A stretch of DNA of 25,393 bases from a virus (IMGVR_UViG_3300028196_000079:1-25393); one strand, 5' to 3'. Counted from the stretch's first letter, positions 8,993 to 18,660 are shown. The notes: generated by a model not told the origin, from the letters alone. Made by a program: numbers and translations.

Positions 8993-9447
8993 TGAAAGAG
9001 CGTTTAAATGATAAATTGAGTGATTTTTTGAAAATAGAAAATAAAATAGAAGAAACCTCTAAAGAAATTATACAAAAACAAAAAACTAATATAGAAGAAG
9101 TAAAGCATTCGGAAATTAGAAAACAAGATTTAGTAGATGATTATACTGAACATAGAGAAACTTTGAAAGAGTTAGTAAACCAAGGACAAGAAGCACTTCA
9201 AAATCTTTTGTTATTGGCCAAGGAAAGTGAACATCCTAGAGCTTATGAAGTTACAGGACAACTATTAAAAACTACAGCAGATTTAACTAAGGATTTAATA
9301 GAACTACAAGTGACTATGAATAAGATTGAAAACTCTAAAGATGGCGGAAAGCCCCAGAAGGTTGTGAATAATGCCATCTTAGTTGGTAGTACCAATGATT
9401 TACTAGAACAACTCAAAGGAAAGAATAGAGAAAAATCTGATGAGTGA
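8992..9447 (+). CDS. g16: Terminase small subunit gp16
   Basis: DY...RETL, A.ESEHPRAYEV.GQL and NNA..VGST.DL motifs; overlaps the large subunit gene. Confidence 0.92.
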   Translation: MKERLNDKLSDFLKIENKIEETSKEIIQKQKTNIEEVKHSEIRKQDLVDDYTEHRETLKELVNQGQEALQNLLLLAKESEHPRAYEVTGQLLKTTADLTKDLIELQVTMNKIENSKDGGKPQKVVNNAILVGSTNDLLEQLKGKNREKSDE

Positions 9448-11068
9448 CATTTATCTGAATAACCCAAATCTAAAAGCTGCAGGGGTACAGATAGACTGGA
9501 CTGAGGAGCAGGCACAAGAATATGTAAAGTGCATGGAAGACCCTGTATACTTTGTTAAAAAATATGTTAAGATCGTTAATGTTGATTTAGGACTTGTAAA
9601 TTTTGAATTATATCCATTTCAAGAAAATATGATCGAGTCTTTTACCGACAATCGATTTACCATCTGTAAAATTGGTAGACAGTCTGGCAAATCTATTACA
9701 TGTATTGCATTCTTTTTACATTATATCTTGTTTAACAAAGATGTATCTGTTGCATTGCTTGCAAACAAACTCGCAACTGCTAGAGAACTACTGAGTAGAT
9801 TGCAGATGGCATACGAGCACCTACCTAAGTGGCTACAGCAGGGCGTTGTTACGTGGAACAAAGGTAATATTGAATTAGAGAATGGCGCTAAGGTTATGGC
9901 GGCCGCAACATCTTCTAGTGCAATTCGTGGTGGTTCATTTAATATTTTGTTCTTAGACGAATTCGCATTTGTTCCTAATGAAATGGCAGAAGAATTCTTT
10001 AACTCAGTATATCCTACAATTTCATCTGGACAATCTACAAAAGTTATTATTGTTTCTACTCCACAGGGTATGAACCACTTTTATAAGCTATGGGTCGACG
10101 CAGAAGAAGGTAGAAATACATACAATCCTATTTCAGTACACTGGAGCGAAGTTCCTGGCCGTGACGAAAAATGGAAACAGACAACAATCAAGAATACTAG
10201 CGCTGAACAGTTTCGACAAGAATTTGATACAGAATTTTTGGGAAGTACAAACACTCTAATTAATGTAACTAAACTCAAAAATATGCCATATAAAAATCCA
10301 AGAAAAGTTGCAGAGGACGGGAATTTAAAAATTTATGGATTTCCCAAGAAAGATGGTGTATATTTCCTGACAGTAGATGTTGCAAGAGGTAGAGGTGGAG
10401 ACTATTCTGCTTTTTCCATTTTTGATGCCACGCAAGTTCCATATACACAAGTTGTTACATATAGATCAAATAACATTCCCCCAATGGTATATCCTACAAT
10501 TATAAGAAGAATGGCACAAACCTATAACGAAGCATTCGTTCTAGTAGAAATTAATGATGTTGGCCAACAGATTAGTGATATCTTATATCATGAAATGGAA
10601 TATGAAAATATCATAAGTATCAGCAGTGACACTAGAAAAGGACAAAGTATTTCTTCAGGATTTTCAGGAAAATCCACAACAATGGGAATTAGGACAACAA
10701 AATCAACCAAAAAAATTGGTTGTATGAATATGAAAAGTCTTATCGAAGAAGACAAATTAATTATTAAAGATTTTGAAACTATAAATGAATTAACATCTTT
10801 TATTTCTAAAGGTCATAAATATGAGGCAGAGGCTGGTAAATTTGATGATTTAGTTGATACGCTTATTTTATTTTCATGGATGACAACTGACAACTTTTTC
10901 AAAGAACTTTGTGATGTAGATACCAGAAAAGAAATATATGAAGAAAGATTAAAACATTTAGAAGAAAATATGTTACCGTTTGGGTTTATTACATCATCGA
11001 ATGATACAGAAGTTTTTGTTGACGATGCTGGAGATGTGTGGACTGCTGATGGTATGAGTATGTCATGA
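9440..11068 (+). CDS. g17: Terminase large subunit gp17
   Basis: YLNNPNLK N-terminus, Walker A GRQSGKS, Walker B ILFLDEFAF, STPQGMNHFY, and nuclease motifs DVARGRGGDYS and DDLV. Confidence 0.97.
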   Translation: MSDIYLNNPNLKAAGVQIDWTEEQAQEYVKCMEDPVYFVKKYVKIVNVDLGLVNFELYPFQENMIESFTDNRFTICKIGRQSGKSITCIAFFLHYILFNKDVSVALLANKLATARELLSRLQMAYEHLPKWLQQGVVTWNKGNIELENGAKVMAAATSSSAIRGGSFNILFLDEFAFVPNEMAEEFFNSVYPTISSGQSTKVIIVSTPQGMNHFYKLWVDAEEGRNTYNPISVHWSEVPGRDEKWKQTTIKNTSAEQFRQEFDTEFLGSTNTLINVTKLKNMPYKNPRKVAEDGNLKIYGFPKKDGVYFLTVDVARGRGGDYSAFSIFDATQVPYTQVVTYRSNNIPPMVYPTIIRRMAQTYNEAFVLVEINDVGQQISDILYHEMEYENIISISSDTRKGQSISSGFSGKSTTMGIRTTKSTKKIGCMNMKSLIEEDKLIIKDFETINELTSFISKGHKYEAEAGKFDDLVDTLILFSWMTTDNFFKELCDVDTRKEIYEERLKHLEENMLPFGFITSSNDTEVFVDDAGDVWTADGMSMS

Positions 11069-11098
11069 ATTAGGTATTTATGGTGAGTTTAGAATTTT

Positions 11099-11106
11099 TA
11101 TAAATA
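11099..11106 (+). promoter_or_regulatory. T4-type late promoter for g18
   Basis: Exact intergenic TATAAATA, a near-copy TATAAATT at 11122-11129, and SD AAGGAG before ATG 11150. Confidence 0.85.
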
Positions 11107-11149
11107 AATAGAAAATAACTTTATAAATTAAATCGAAGGAGATAAAAAA

Positions 11150-14100
11150 ATGGCATTCCAAGTAAGTCCTGGCGTTAACGTTTCTGAAATTGATGCATCA
11201 ACAAGCGTTCCAGCCTTAGTCACTAATATCGGTGCTATGGTTGGGAGATTTTCTAAAGGCCCTATCGGGGAAATCGTAGAAGTCTCCAGCGAAGAGCAGT
11301 TGAAATCAATTTTTGGCGAGCCAAATGATACAAACTACAAATCTTGGTTCACTGCAGCCAATTTCTTAGCATACTCAGCCTCAATAAAAGTTGTAAGAGT
11401 TGCAAATAATACAGCAGTCAGTGACGCTAATAAAACATTAAATGCGGTATCTGGTAAAGTAACAGTTTCAGCCGCTGTAGCAGGAACACAAACATTAACA
11501 GGAACTGCAGAATCTTCTACAGCATTCTATGGTTCATCTGCACAAACAATAACTACTGCAGTTTCTGGAACTATGTCAGCATTTGACCTATTTCAAGGTG
11601 TTAACTCACAATACCTACTTCCAAGATTAGCAACCGATGGTTCTACACTAGTAACAACAAATGGAGCTGCAGCAGGAACTGATACAAATCTAAGAGATCT
11701 CGCTGCGTCAGATATCACAGTTTCAATCAGAGGTACAGGAGAAACTGGTGGTATATTACCAGCATCTCGTTGGTCACTTGGCGAATCTGGTAGTGCAAAC
11801 GGCGGAACAACTAAGATTTCATTAGCTGATGAGATCGGTAATACTTCAAATTCCGGCCCATGGTATATACATTCAGATGCAAACAAGGCGTGGTCAACTA
11901 CTGGAACACAATTCACAACTGGCGGTTTCTTTTCTCCACTATACACTAGACAAACAGATGCAAACGCTGCAGATTCTGGAGCAGGTGGAACTGGAGCATC
12001 ACATGGACATTACTTCGAAAAATATGGAAGTCAGTTCGACGCATCAGCTATTGCTGGAAACACAATCACATTAACTAATGCAAGTCATGGACTAGCACAG
12101 GGTGATGTTGTAGTATACAAAGACTCTGGAACACCAGAGGCAACTGGACTTACTAATTCGACAACATACTATGTAAAAAGTGTTTCTGGTGCAGATGTTG
12201 TTCTTAGCGACACATATACATATTCAACAAATACTGGCGGAACAGATATTACAATGTCTGCTGGTTCAGAAACTGATCACAAACTATATAAAGTATTCTA
12301 TATGCCAACGCTCTCAACAGTTGCGGTACATGAAGCAGCTACTGCGCCAGCAGATAGTGCAATTAGTTTGTTTGCAAACGACAATGATGAAGTTGTAATT
12401 AGTATTGCTCAACAGGCAGCATTCTTAGTATCTGAAGCTCCAGGCACATATGCAGTGACAAACTCATTAGTAACTGCAGTTTCTTCAGCTGATGGTGCTT
12501 ATTCAGCGTCTGATTTTACAGTCGCTGCGAATAGCAATGTAATCACATTTACATCAAATCTACCGCTCACTGGTGAAACAGTAACAGTTACTGTTCCTGC
12601 TAGAAGATCCTTCACATTAAATCCAGCAGTAAATGTTTCTGGTGGACAGACATTAGAACTCGTAGATGCAGGCGGAACTACACTTTCAAGTGGAACTCAC
12701 TATACCCTTGTTGGAAGTGGTTCGAGAGTAGAATTTGCTACTGCATCCATTCCAGCAGACGGTGCTGTTGTTACTGCAACTATCAGAAATGCAAATGCAA
12801 ACTCATTTACTTTTGCAAACAATATGTATGTACCCAATGACACGCATTTCGAAGACAATGTTGGATTTGGAGCTGCTGCTGCAAATGGACATGAATTTGT
12901 TGCAAGAAATCCAGGCGCTTGGGCGAATGACTTAGTTATCTATTTAGTGGATGAGACATCATTTGATAGTCTTAAAACTGCACATCCGGCAGTTGCATCA
13001 GCACTAGCTGGTGCGCCGAGAGCAGGCGATGGCACAATCGATAACAGTGTAACATATCGCGCTGGAACACCTGATAATAAAAAATTATCACAAGGTGTTG
13101 CTATGGTTGTACAAAAAGTATATCCTGATGGTTCAGCACAAAATATTGAAGTATTAACAAATATGTCAAAAGCTTCAGATGGTAAAACTGAAAATGGAGC
13201 TCGTGTATATTATGTAGATTACATCAATACAAACTCTAAATATGTCCATATAATGAATCATCCGATTGCTGGTGGCGATTGGGGTGGATTGGTATCCACA
13301 AGAACTTTTGCCAAATTGTCGGAATCTGGAAATAGTGATGGAACAGAACTATTTGTTAGAAGACCAATGGGTAATGGACAAGAAGGTATCACACCTACTG
13401 TTGCACAATTCCAAGCAGGATTTGATCATTTTGCAGATGCAGAAAATGTAGATGTGGGTTTCATTCTACAGGGCGAAGCAGCAGATGTTGCTGAAAGTGA
13501 TGACTCAGCACACGGTATTGTTTCTCATATCGTTGATCTTGCGGAAGGAAGAAAAGACGCTGTTGCATGTATTTCTCCTAGAGAGGTAGATGTGAGAGCA
13601 GATAGAGATGCCGGTTCAAGTGCAAATCAAATCGCATTCTTCAGCAATGTTACATCGAGCACATATGCATTCGCAGATTCAAACTATAAGTACATGAGCG
13701 ATAAATATAACGATAAGTACAGATATGTACCATTTAATGCAGATACAGCAGGATTGATGGTAAGAAGCGAAAACGATAGAGATGCTTGGTATTCTCCAGC
13801 AGGATTTAATCGTGGAGTTTATAGAGGTGTAGTGAAAACTATGCAATCTCAGAATAAAGCTGATAGAGATGCATTATACACTGCAGCAATCAATCCAGTT
13901 GTAAGCTTCCCAGGCCAAGGAACTGTATTGTTTGGTGATAAAACTCTAACTCTCAATTCATCAGCATTCAGCAGAATTAATGTAAGAAGATTGTTTATCG
14001 TTCTAGAAAAATCAATTGCAACTTCAGCCAAGTTTACTTTATTCGAATTCAATGATGAGTTTACAAGATCGCAGTTTACAGCTTTGATTGAACCATTCTT

Positions 14101-14302
14101 GAGAGATGTACAAGGTAGAAGAGGAATATATGACTTTAAGGTTGTATGTGATGATACAAATAATACTGGTGAGGTTATCGATAGAAATGAATTCGTTGGA
14201 GATATCTTCATTCAGCCTGCAAGATCAATCAACTTCATTCAACTCAACTTTGTTGCAGTTCGTACTGGTGTTGATTTCAATGAAATTGTTGGTGCAGTTT
14301 AA
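11150..14302 (+). CDS. g18: Tail sheath protein gp18, enlarged by an internal insertion
   Basis: N-terminal FQVSPGV.VSEID and GRFSKGP. C-terminal WYSPAGFNRG, RDALY...INPV, GTVLFGDKT, SAFSRINVRRLF, FEFNDEFTR and PARSINFIQLNFVAVRTGVDFNE. Confidence 0.96.
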   Translation: MAFQVSPGVNVSEIDASTSVPALVTNIGAMVGRFSKGPIGEIVEVSSEEQLKSIFGEPNDTNYKSWFTAANFLAYSASIKVVRVANNTAVSDANKTLNAVSGKVTVSAAVAGTQTLTGTAESSTAFYGSSAQTITTAVSGTMSAFDLFQGVNSQYLLPRLATDGSTLVTTNGAAAGTDTNLRDLAASDITVSIRGTGETGGILPASRWSLGESGSANGGTTKISLADEIGNTSNSGPWYIHSDANKAWSTTGTQFTTGGFFSPLYTRQTDANAADSGAGGTGASHGHYFEKYGSQFDASAIAGNTITLTNASHGLAQGDVVVYKDSGTPEATGLTNSTTYYVKSVSGADVVLSDTYTYSTNTGGTDITMSAGSETDHKLYKVFYMPTLSTVAVHEAATAPADSAISLFANDNDEVVISIAQQAAFLVSEAPGTYAVTNSLVTAVSSADGAYSASDFTVAANSNVITFTSNLPLTGETVTVTVPARRSFTLNPAVNVSGGQTLELVDAGGTTLSSGTHYTLVGSGSRVEFATASIPADGAVVTATIRNANANSFTFANNMYVPNDTHFEDNVGFGAAAANGHEFVARNPGAWANDLVIYLVDETSFDSLKTAHPAVASALAGAPRAGDGTIDNSVTYRAGTPDNKKLSQGVAMVVQKVYPDGSAQNIEVLTNMSKASDGKTENGARVYYVDYINTNSKYVHIMNHPIAGGDWGGLVSTRTFAKLSESGNSDGTELFVRRPMGNGQEGITPTVAQFQAGFDHFADAENVDVGFILQGEAADVAESDDSAHGIVSHIVDLAEGRKDAVACISPREVDVRADRDAGSSANQIAFFSNVTSSTYAFADSNYKYMSDKYNDKYRYVPFNADTAGLMVRSENDRDAWYSPAGFNRGVYRGVVKTMQSQNKADRDALYTAAINPVVSFPGQGTVLFGDKTLTLNSSAFSRINVRRLFIVLEKSIATSAKFTLFEFNDEFTRSQFTALIEPFLRDVQGRRGIYDFKVVCDDTNNTGEVIDRNEFVGDIFIQPARSINFIQLNFVAVRTGVDFNEIVGAV

Positions 14303-14310
14303 TATAAATA
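14303..14310 (+). promoter_or_regulatory. T4-type late promoter for g19
   Basis: Exact TATAAATA immediately after the g18 stop codon, followed by an AGGAG SD. Confidence 0.85.
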
Positions 14311-14331
14311 GATAAAAATAGGAGATAATAA

Positions 14332-14868
14332 ATGGCATTCAACATAGAACAATTCAAATCAAACTTTGGAGATGGTGGGGCACGTCCTAACCTCTTCAAA
14401 GTGAGACTAAACTTTCCGAATACAGTCGGGCAGATTGCATCATCTGGTGCGTTTATGATTAGAGCAGCACAGATTCCTTCATCTACCATTGCACAGGTGG
14501 ATGTACCATATTTTGGTAGACAGGTAAGAGTTGCTGGAAACAGAACATTCGAACCGTGGACAGTGACAGTATTAAATTCAGAAGATTTCGATGTCAGAAA
14601 TGCACTCGAAAGATGGATGAATACTATTAATTCACACAGAAACAACAGTGGTGCTGCCACAACTGGTGAATATAAAGCAAACGCATATGTAGACCATTAT
14701 GGTAAAAGCGGCGATGGTGCAAAGATTGCTGAATATGAATTTGTAGGATTGTTCCCAACAGAACTTTCTACTGTCGAATTGGCATGGGATTCTAACGATG
14801 TTATCGAAGAATTTACTTGTACATTCGCATTTGATTACTGGCAGCATGCCGGTGTCGTGACTACATAA
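14332..14868 (+). CDS. g19: Tail tube protein gp19
   Basis: GGARPNLF.V, AAQIPSS, VPYFGRQVRVAGNRTFEPWTVTV, FPT..S...L.WD and IEEF..TF.FDYW. Confidence 0.96.
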   Translation: MAFNIEQFKSNFGDGGARPNLFKVRLNFPNTVGQIASSGAFMIRAAQIPSSTIAQVDVPYFGRQVRVAGNRTFEPWTVTVLNSEDFDVRNALERWMNTINSHRNNSGAATTGEYKANAYVDHYGKSGDGAKIAEYEFVGLFPTELSTVELAWDSNDVIEEFTCTFAFDYWQHAGVVTT

Positions 14869-14896
14869 TTAACGTAAAAGTTATTGGAATTATAAT

Positions 14897-16399
14897 ATGG
14901 AAGTGAAATTATTTGGGTTTACCCTACTAAAAACGGCTGAAGAAAACAAAGAGCTTAAGTCATTCGTACCCCCTGAGAGTATGAATGACGATGGCTCTTT
15001 GACAGTTTCTTCAAATTTTTATTCTACATCATTCAATTTGGAAAACAATGCAAAAAGTGACCATGAACTTATTGATAGATATCGTGATATGTCTATCCAC
15101 CCAGAAGTTGAAATTGCGTTAGACGATATTGTTTCGGAAGCAATTGTCAATGAAGCTGATGAAAATCCCGTAAAATTACTACTTAAAAATGTAAATCAAT
15201 CTTCTGCAGTTAAAAAAGCATTGCAAGAAGAGTTCGATAATGTATTGCGTCTGTTAAATTTTAACAGAAATGGCTATGAAATTTTTAGAAGTTGGTACAT
15301 TGACGGAAGACAATACTGGCATATCATTATTAATCCTAATAAGGTAAAAGATGGTATCCAAGAATTAAGAAGAATTGATCCTAGAAAGATCAAAAAAGTA
15401 AAACAAATCGAAAAAGACACCAAAACACAAGGAAAACTTGTGAAAAAGGTGAATGAATATTACATATATAATGAAAAAGGACTCTCCAATGGCGATAAAA
15501 CTACTGGAATACCTATTTCACAAGATTCTATTGCACATGTCACTTCTGGACTTAAAGATGCAAAAAGACAATATGTAATTGGACATTTACACAAAGCAAT
15601 TAAAGCTCTAAATCAATTACAAATGGTTGAAGACTCTGTAGTTATTTATAGATGGACTAGAGCACCAGAGAGAAGAGTTTTCTATATTGATGTCGGAAAC
15701 CTTCCGAAGATGAAAGCAGAACAATATATTGCTGACATCATGAATAGATACAAAAATAAAGTTGCATATGATGCTGCAACTGGCGAAGTGAAAGATGATA
15801 GACGCCATATGTCAATGTTAGAAGACTTCTGGTTCCCTAGAAGAGAGGGTGGTAGAGGTACAGAGATCGAAACATTGCCTGGCGGATCGAACTTAGGTGA
15901 AATGGATGATGTACTATATTTTCAAAAGAAATTATATAAATCATTGAACGTTCCTATCTCTAGATTAGAACCAGAACAGTCTTTGGCATTGGGCCGAGCA
16001 ACTGAGATAAATAGAGATGAATATAAATTTAATAGATTTATTGTAAGAATTAGAAATCAATTCTCCGAATTGTTTATGGATTTGTTGAAAAAACAAATGA
16101 TTTTGAAAGGAATTATAACTCCAGAAGAATGGAAAACGATTTCACAAGAAATTATTTTCGATTTTACGCAAGATTCTTACTATTCTGAAATTAAAAATAC
16201 TGAGATGATTAGAGACAGAGTTGCTCTATTATCTGAAATGACTGACTATATGGGTAAATATTACTCACACCAATGGGTACAAAGAAATATTTTGAAGTTC
16301 TCTGATGAAGAAATAAATGACATGCGAAAAGAAATTGTTGCAGAACAGAAAGATGAAATCTTTGGCCAAACTGAGAATGAAGAAGATGAGGACTTTTAA
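14897..16399 (+). CDS. g20: Portal protein gp20
   Basis: LIDRYRDM..HPEV, FR.WYIDGR, ELRRIDPRKI, LHKAIK.LNQL.M.ED..VIYR..RAPERRVFYIDVGNLPK.KAEQY and EDFWFPRREGGRGTEI.TLPGG. Confidence 0.97.
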   Translation: MEVKLFGFTLLKTAEENKELKSFVPPESMNDDGSLTVSSNFYSTSFNLENNAKSDHELIDRYRDMSIHPEVEIALDDIVSEAIVNEADENPVKLLLKNVNQSSAVKKALQEEFDNVLRLLNFNRNGYEIFRSWYIDGRQYWHIIINPNKVKDGIQELRRIDPRKIKKVKQIEKDTKTQGKLVKKVNEYYIYNEKGLSNGDKTTGIPISQDSIAHVTSGLKDAKRQYVIGHLHKAIKALNQLQMVEDSVVIYRWTRAPERRVFYIDVGNLPKMKAEQYIADIMNRYKNKVAYDAATGEVKDDRRHMSMLEDFWFPRREGGRGTEIETLPGGSNLGEMDDVLYFQKKLYKSLNVPISRLEPEQSLALGRATEINRDEYKFNRFIVRIRNQFSELFMDLLKKQMILKGIITPEEWKTISQEIIFDFTQDSYYSEIKNTEMIRDRVALLSEMTDYMGKYYSHQWVQRNILKFSDEEINDMRKEIVAEQKDEIFGQTENEEDEDF

Positions 16400-16401
16400 A
16401 A

Positions 16402-16665
16402 ATGACTGAAGAGAATGAAAATATAAATAATAAGTATTTAGATATAGTGGATGATTCAATTCTGGGCCATGGCGCCACAGTTGCAGATAATATCAATGCT
16501 ATTCTAAGAGATAAAATTGGAATCGAAATTGACGATTACAAAAAGGAATTTGCTAATGACATGTTCCATGGTGATGATGAAGAATATGAAATTGAAACTG
16601 CTGAATCCGAAGAAGGAATTGAATCTGATTCGGAGGAAGAAGAAACAGAAAACGAAGAGGCCTAA
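16402..16665 (+). CDS. g67: Prohead core protein, gp67-like
   Basis: Small, very acidic 87-aa ORF in the g20-g68 position; assigned mainly by synteny. Confidence 0.6.
   Translation: MTEENENINNKYLDIVDDSILGHGATVADNINAILRDKIGIEIDDYKKEFANDMFHGDDEEYEIETAESEEGIESDSEEEETENEEA
16422..16429 (+). promoter_or_regulatory. Possible internal late promoter for g68-g21
   Basis: Exact TATAAATA inside the 5' end of the gp67-like ORF. It could be a chance match in AT-rich DNA. Confidence 0.5.
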
Positions 16666-16667
16666 AA

Positions 16668-16937
16668 ATGTTAAGTTTTAACGAATTTCTAGAAGAAGAT
16701 CTTGACGAAGCAGTCAAGAGAAAAGTTGTTGTCCGTGGCGGCAAACGAAAAGTGAAATTCAAAACTAACAGAGATGGCTACAAAGTCGTTGGTAAAAAAG
16801 AAATTAGAATTAGTCCTACGGATGCAAAAAAGATGAGTATCAGAAATACCAAATCTGCTAGAAAAAGAAAAGGTAAAGTAAACATCTCAAATATTCGTAG
16901 GAAAAGATCTATGGTAAAAAGGACGGGCTTAGGATGA
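16668..16937 (+). CDS. g68: Prohead core protein, gp68-like
   Basis: 89 aa with an acidic N-terminus (F.EFLEE.LDEA) and a very basic body ending RRKRSM.KRTGLG; directly upstream of g21. Confidence 0.75.
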   Translation: MLSFNEFLEEDLDEAVKRKVVVRGGKRKVKFKTNRDGYKVVGKKEIRISPTDAKKMSIRNTKSARKRKGKVNISNIRRKRSMVKRTGLG

Positions 16938-17569
16938 AACTAATTACAGAAGTAGTAGAAGACATTTTAGTAGAACAAAAAGGAAAAGACCTTTATATTG
17001 AGGGCGTTTTCTTGCAATCTAATATTCAAAACAGAAATGGTAGAGAATATCCTTCCGAAGTCATGGATAGAGAAGTACAAAGATATACTGAGAACTATAT
17101 CGATAAGAACAGGGCGTTTGGTGAGTTAGGACACCCAGACGGTCCTTCAATAAATTTGGAAAGAGTTTCACATATGATCAAATCTCTCAAAAAAGAGGGA
17201 AACAATTATGTTGGTAAAGCCAAGATCATGACAGAGACTCCGTATGGTGCTATAGTGGCAAACCTAATTAAAGAGGGTGCATCTTTAGGTGTTTCTTCTA
17301 GGGGTATGGGTAGTGTGAAGCAGTCACAAGGTAAAAATGTCGTACAAGACGATTTCTATCTAGCAACTGCAGCCGATATTGTTGCAGACCCAAGCGCACC
17401 AGATGCGTTTGTAAACGGTATTATGGAAGGCAAAGAGTGGGTTTGGAATAACGGTGCAATTAAAGAGTTTGAGATATCTCAATACGAAAAACAATTGCAA
17501 GAGGCAAATAGAAAACAGATTGAAGAAGTTAAACTCAATCTTTTCAAAAATTTCATGTCAAAATTGTAA
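16934..17569 (+). CDS. g21: Prohead protease gp21
   Basis: MKLITE, YIEGVFLQ..I.NRNGR.YP, GELGHP, LGVSSRGMGS and DIVADPSAPDAFV.GIME. Confidence 0.97.
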   Translation: MKLITEVVEDILVEQKGKDLYIEGVFLQSNIQNRNGREYPSEVMDREVQRYTENYIDKNRAFGELGHPDGPSINLERVSHMIKSLKKEGNNYVGKAKIMTETPYGAIVANLIKEGASLGVSSRGMGSVKQSQGKNVVQDDFYLATAADIVADPSAPDAFVNGIMEGKEWVWNNGAIKEFEISQYEKQLQEANRKQIEEVKLNLFKNFMSKL

Positions 17570-17573
17570 ATAT

Positions 17574-17581
17574 TATAAATA
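17574..17581 (+). promoter_or_regulatory. T4-type late promoter for g22
   Basis: Exact intergenic TATAAATA, a near-copy TATAAATT at 17584-17591, and SD AGGAG. Confidence 0.85.
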
Positions 17582-17612
17582 AATATAAATTAAACTCGTA
17601 GGAGAAATAAAA

Positions 17613-18647
17613 ATGGAAAAAGTAGAAAATCAAGAGATTATCGAAGATACTGTTACCGATGAGACAACAGAAGTAGTAGAAGCAACTGAAGAGGTTGTAG
17701 AGACTGTAGAAACTGAAGAAGTTTCTGAAGAGACTGCTGAAGCTGTTGAAGAAGAAGTAGAAGTATCTGAGGAATCAGAAGAGTCTATGGAAGAAGCTAA
17801 AAAGGTTTCTGAAATGGATGATGAAGATGAAGAAGAGATGAATGCTTCTTATGATAAAAAGAAGAAGAAAATGAACGCTTCTTACAAAGTTAAAGCAGAA
17901 GACGTTGATGTTAAAGAAGACATCGATGCCATGCTACAAGGTCAAGACCTTTCCGAAGAATTCCAATCGCAAGTTACAACAATTTTTGAAGCAGCGGTAG
18001 TCACAAAAGTCAACGAAAAGTTGGAAGAAATTTATGCTGATTACGAAACTGAGCTTCAAGAAAACGTTGCAGAAATTCGTCAAGAATTATCTGAAAAAGT
18101 TGATGAGTATTTGTCATACGTTGCAAAAGAGTATGTTGCTGAAAACAAACTCGCAATTCAAACAGGTCTCAAACTAGATATCATGGAGAACTTTATGAAT
18201 GGTCTGAAGAAGGTCTTTGAGGAAAACTATGTTGATGTTCCAGAAGAAAAAGTTGACTTGTATGGTGAAGCATTGACTTCATTAGACGAAAAAGAAAGCA
18301 AGTTGAACGAGCAATTTGAAAAGAATATCAAACTAACTAAAAAACTTGAAGAACTTGAGAAAGAAATTATCTTGAAAGATGTAACAGAAGGACTTACAGT
18401 TTCACAAAGTGAAAAAGTTCGTTCTTTGAGCGAAAGCCTTGAGTATACAACTCAAGAAGACATGATGAACAAAGTTACATTGATCAGAGACAACTATTTT
18501 CCATCTGAAACAATCGTAGAAAGCGTAGTACTTGATGAAAGTGCATTAGAAACTTCTGTAGAAGATTCGCCAGTGGTTCAAGAGGAAAATAAATTTCAAT
18601 CTGTGATGGATATTTACGCTAAAGCACTAAATAGACCTAAAGATTAA
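17613..18647 (+). CDS. g22: Prohead scaffolding protein gp22
   Basis: Glu-rich coiled-coil protein between g21 and g23, with LSEEF....TTIFEAAV, VDEYL.YV..E...ENKLAI and F.ENYVDVPEEKVD. Confidence 0.93.
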   Translation: MEKVENQEIIEDTVTDETTEVVEATEEVVETVETEEVSEETAEAVEEEVEVSEESEESMEEAKKVSEMDDEDEEEMNASYDKKKKKMNASYKVKAEDVDVKEDIDAMLQGQDLSEEFQSQVTTIFEAAVVTKVNEKLEEIYADYETELQENVAEIRQELSEKVDEYLSYVAKEYVAENKLAIQTGLKLDIMENFMNGLKKVFEENYVDVPEEKVDLYGEALTSLDEKESKLNEQFEKNIKLTKKLEELEKEIILKDVTEGLTVSQSEKVRSLSESLEYTTQEDMMNKVTLIRDNYFPSETIVESVVLDESALETSVEDSPVVQEENKFQSVMDIYAKALNRPKD

Positions 18648-18652
18648 AATTT

Positions 18653-18660
18653 TATAAATA
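18653..18660 (+). promoter_or_regulatory. T4-type late promoter for g23
   Basis: Exact intergenic TATAAATA and a strong SD TAAGGAG before ATG 18702. Confidence 0.88.

Noticed and set aside
11150-14302. Intein or intron as the cause of the long gp18
   Set aside because: The frame is continuous, and there are no intein splice-junction or LAGLIDADG/HNH motifs. The insert composition resembles virion beta-domains.
14891-14896. TATAAT before g20
   Set aside because: It directly abuts the ATG, so transcription would start inside the gene. No -35 is present.
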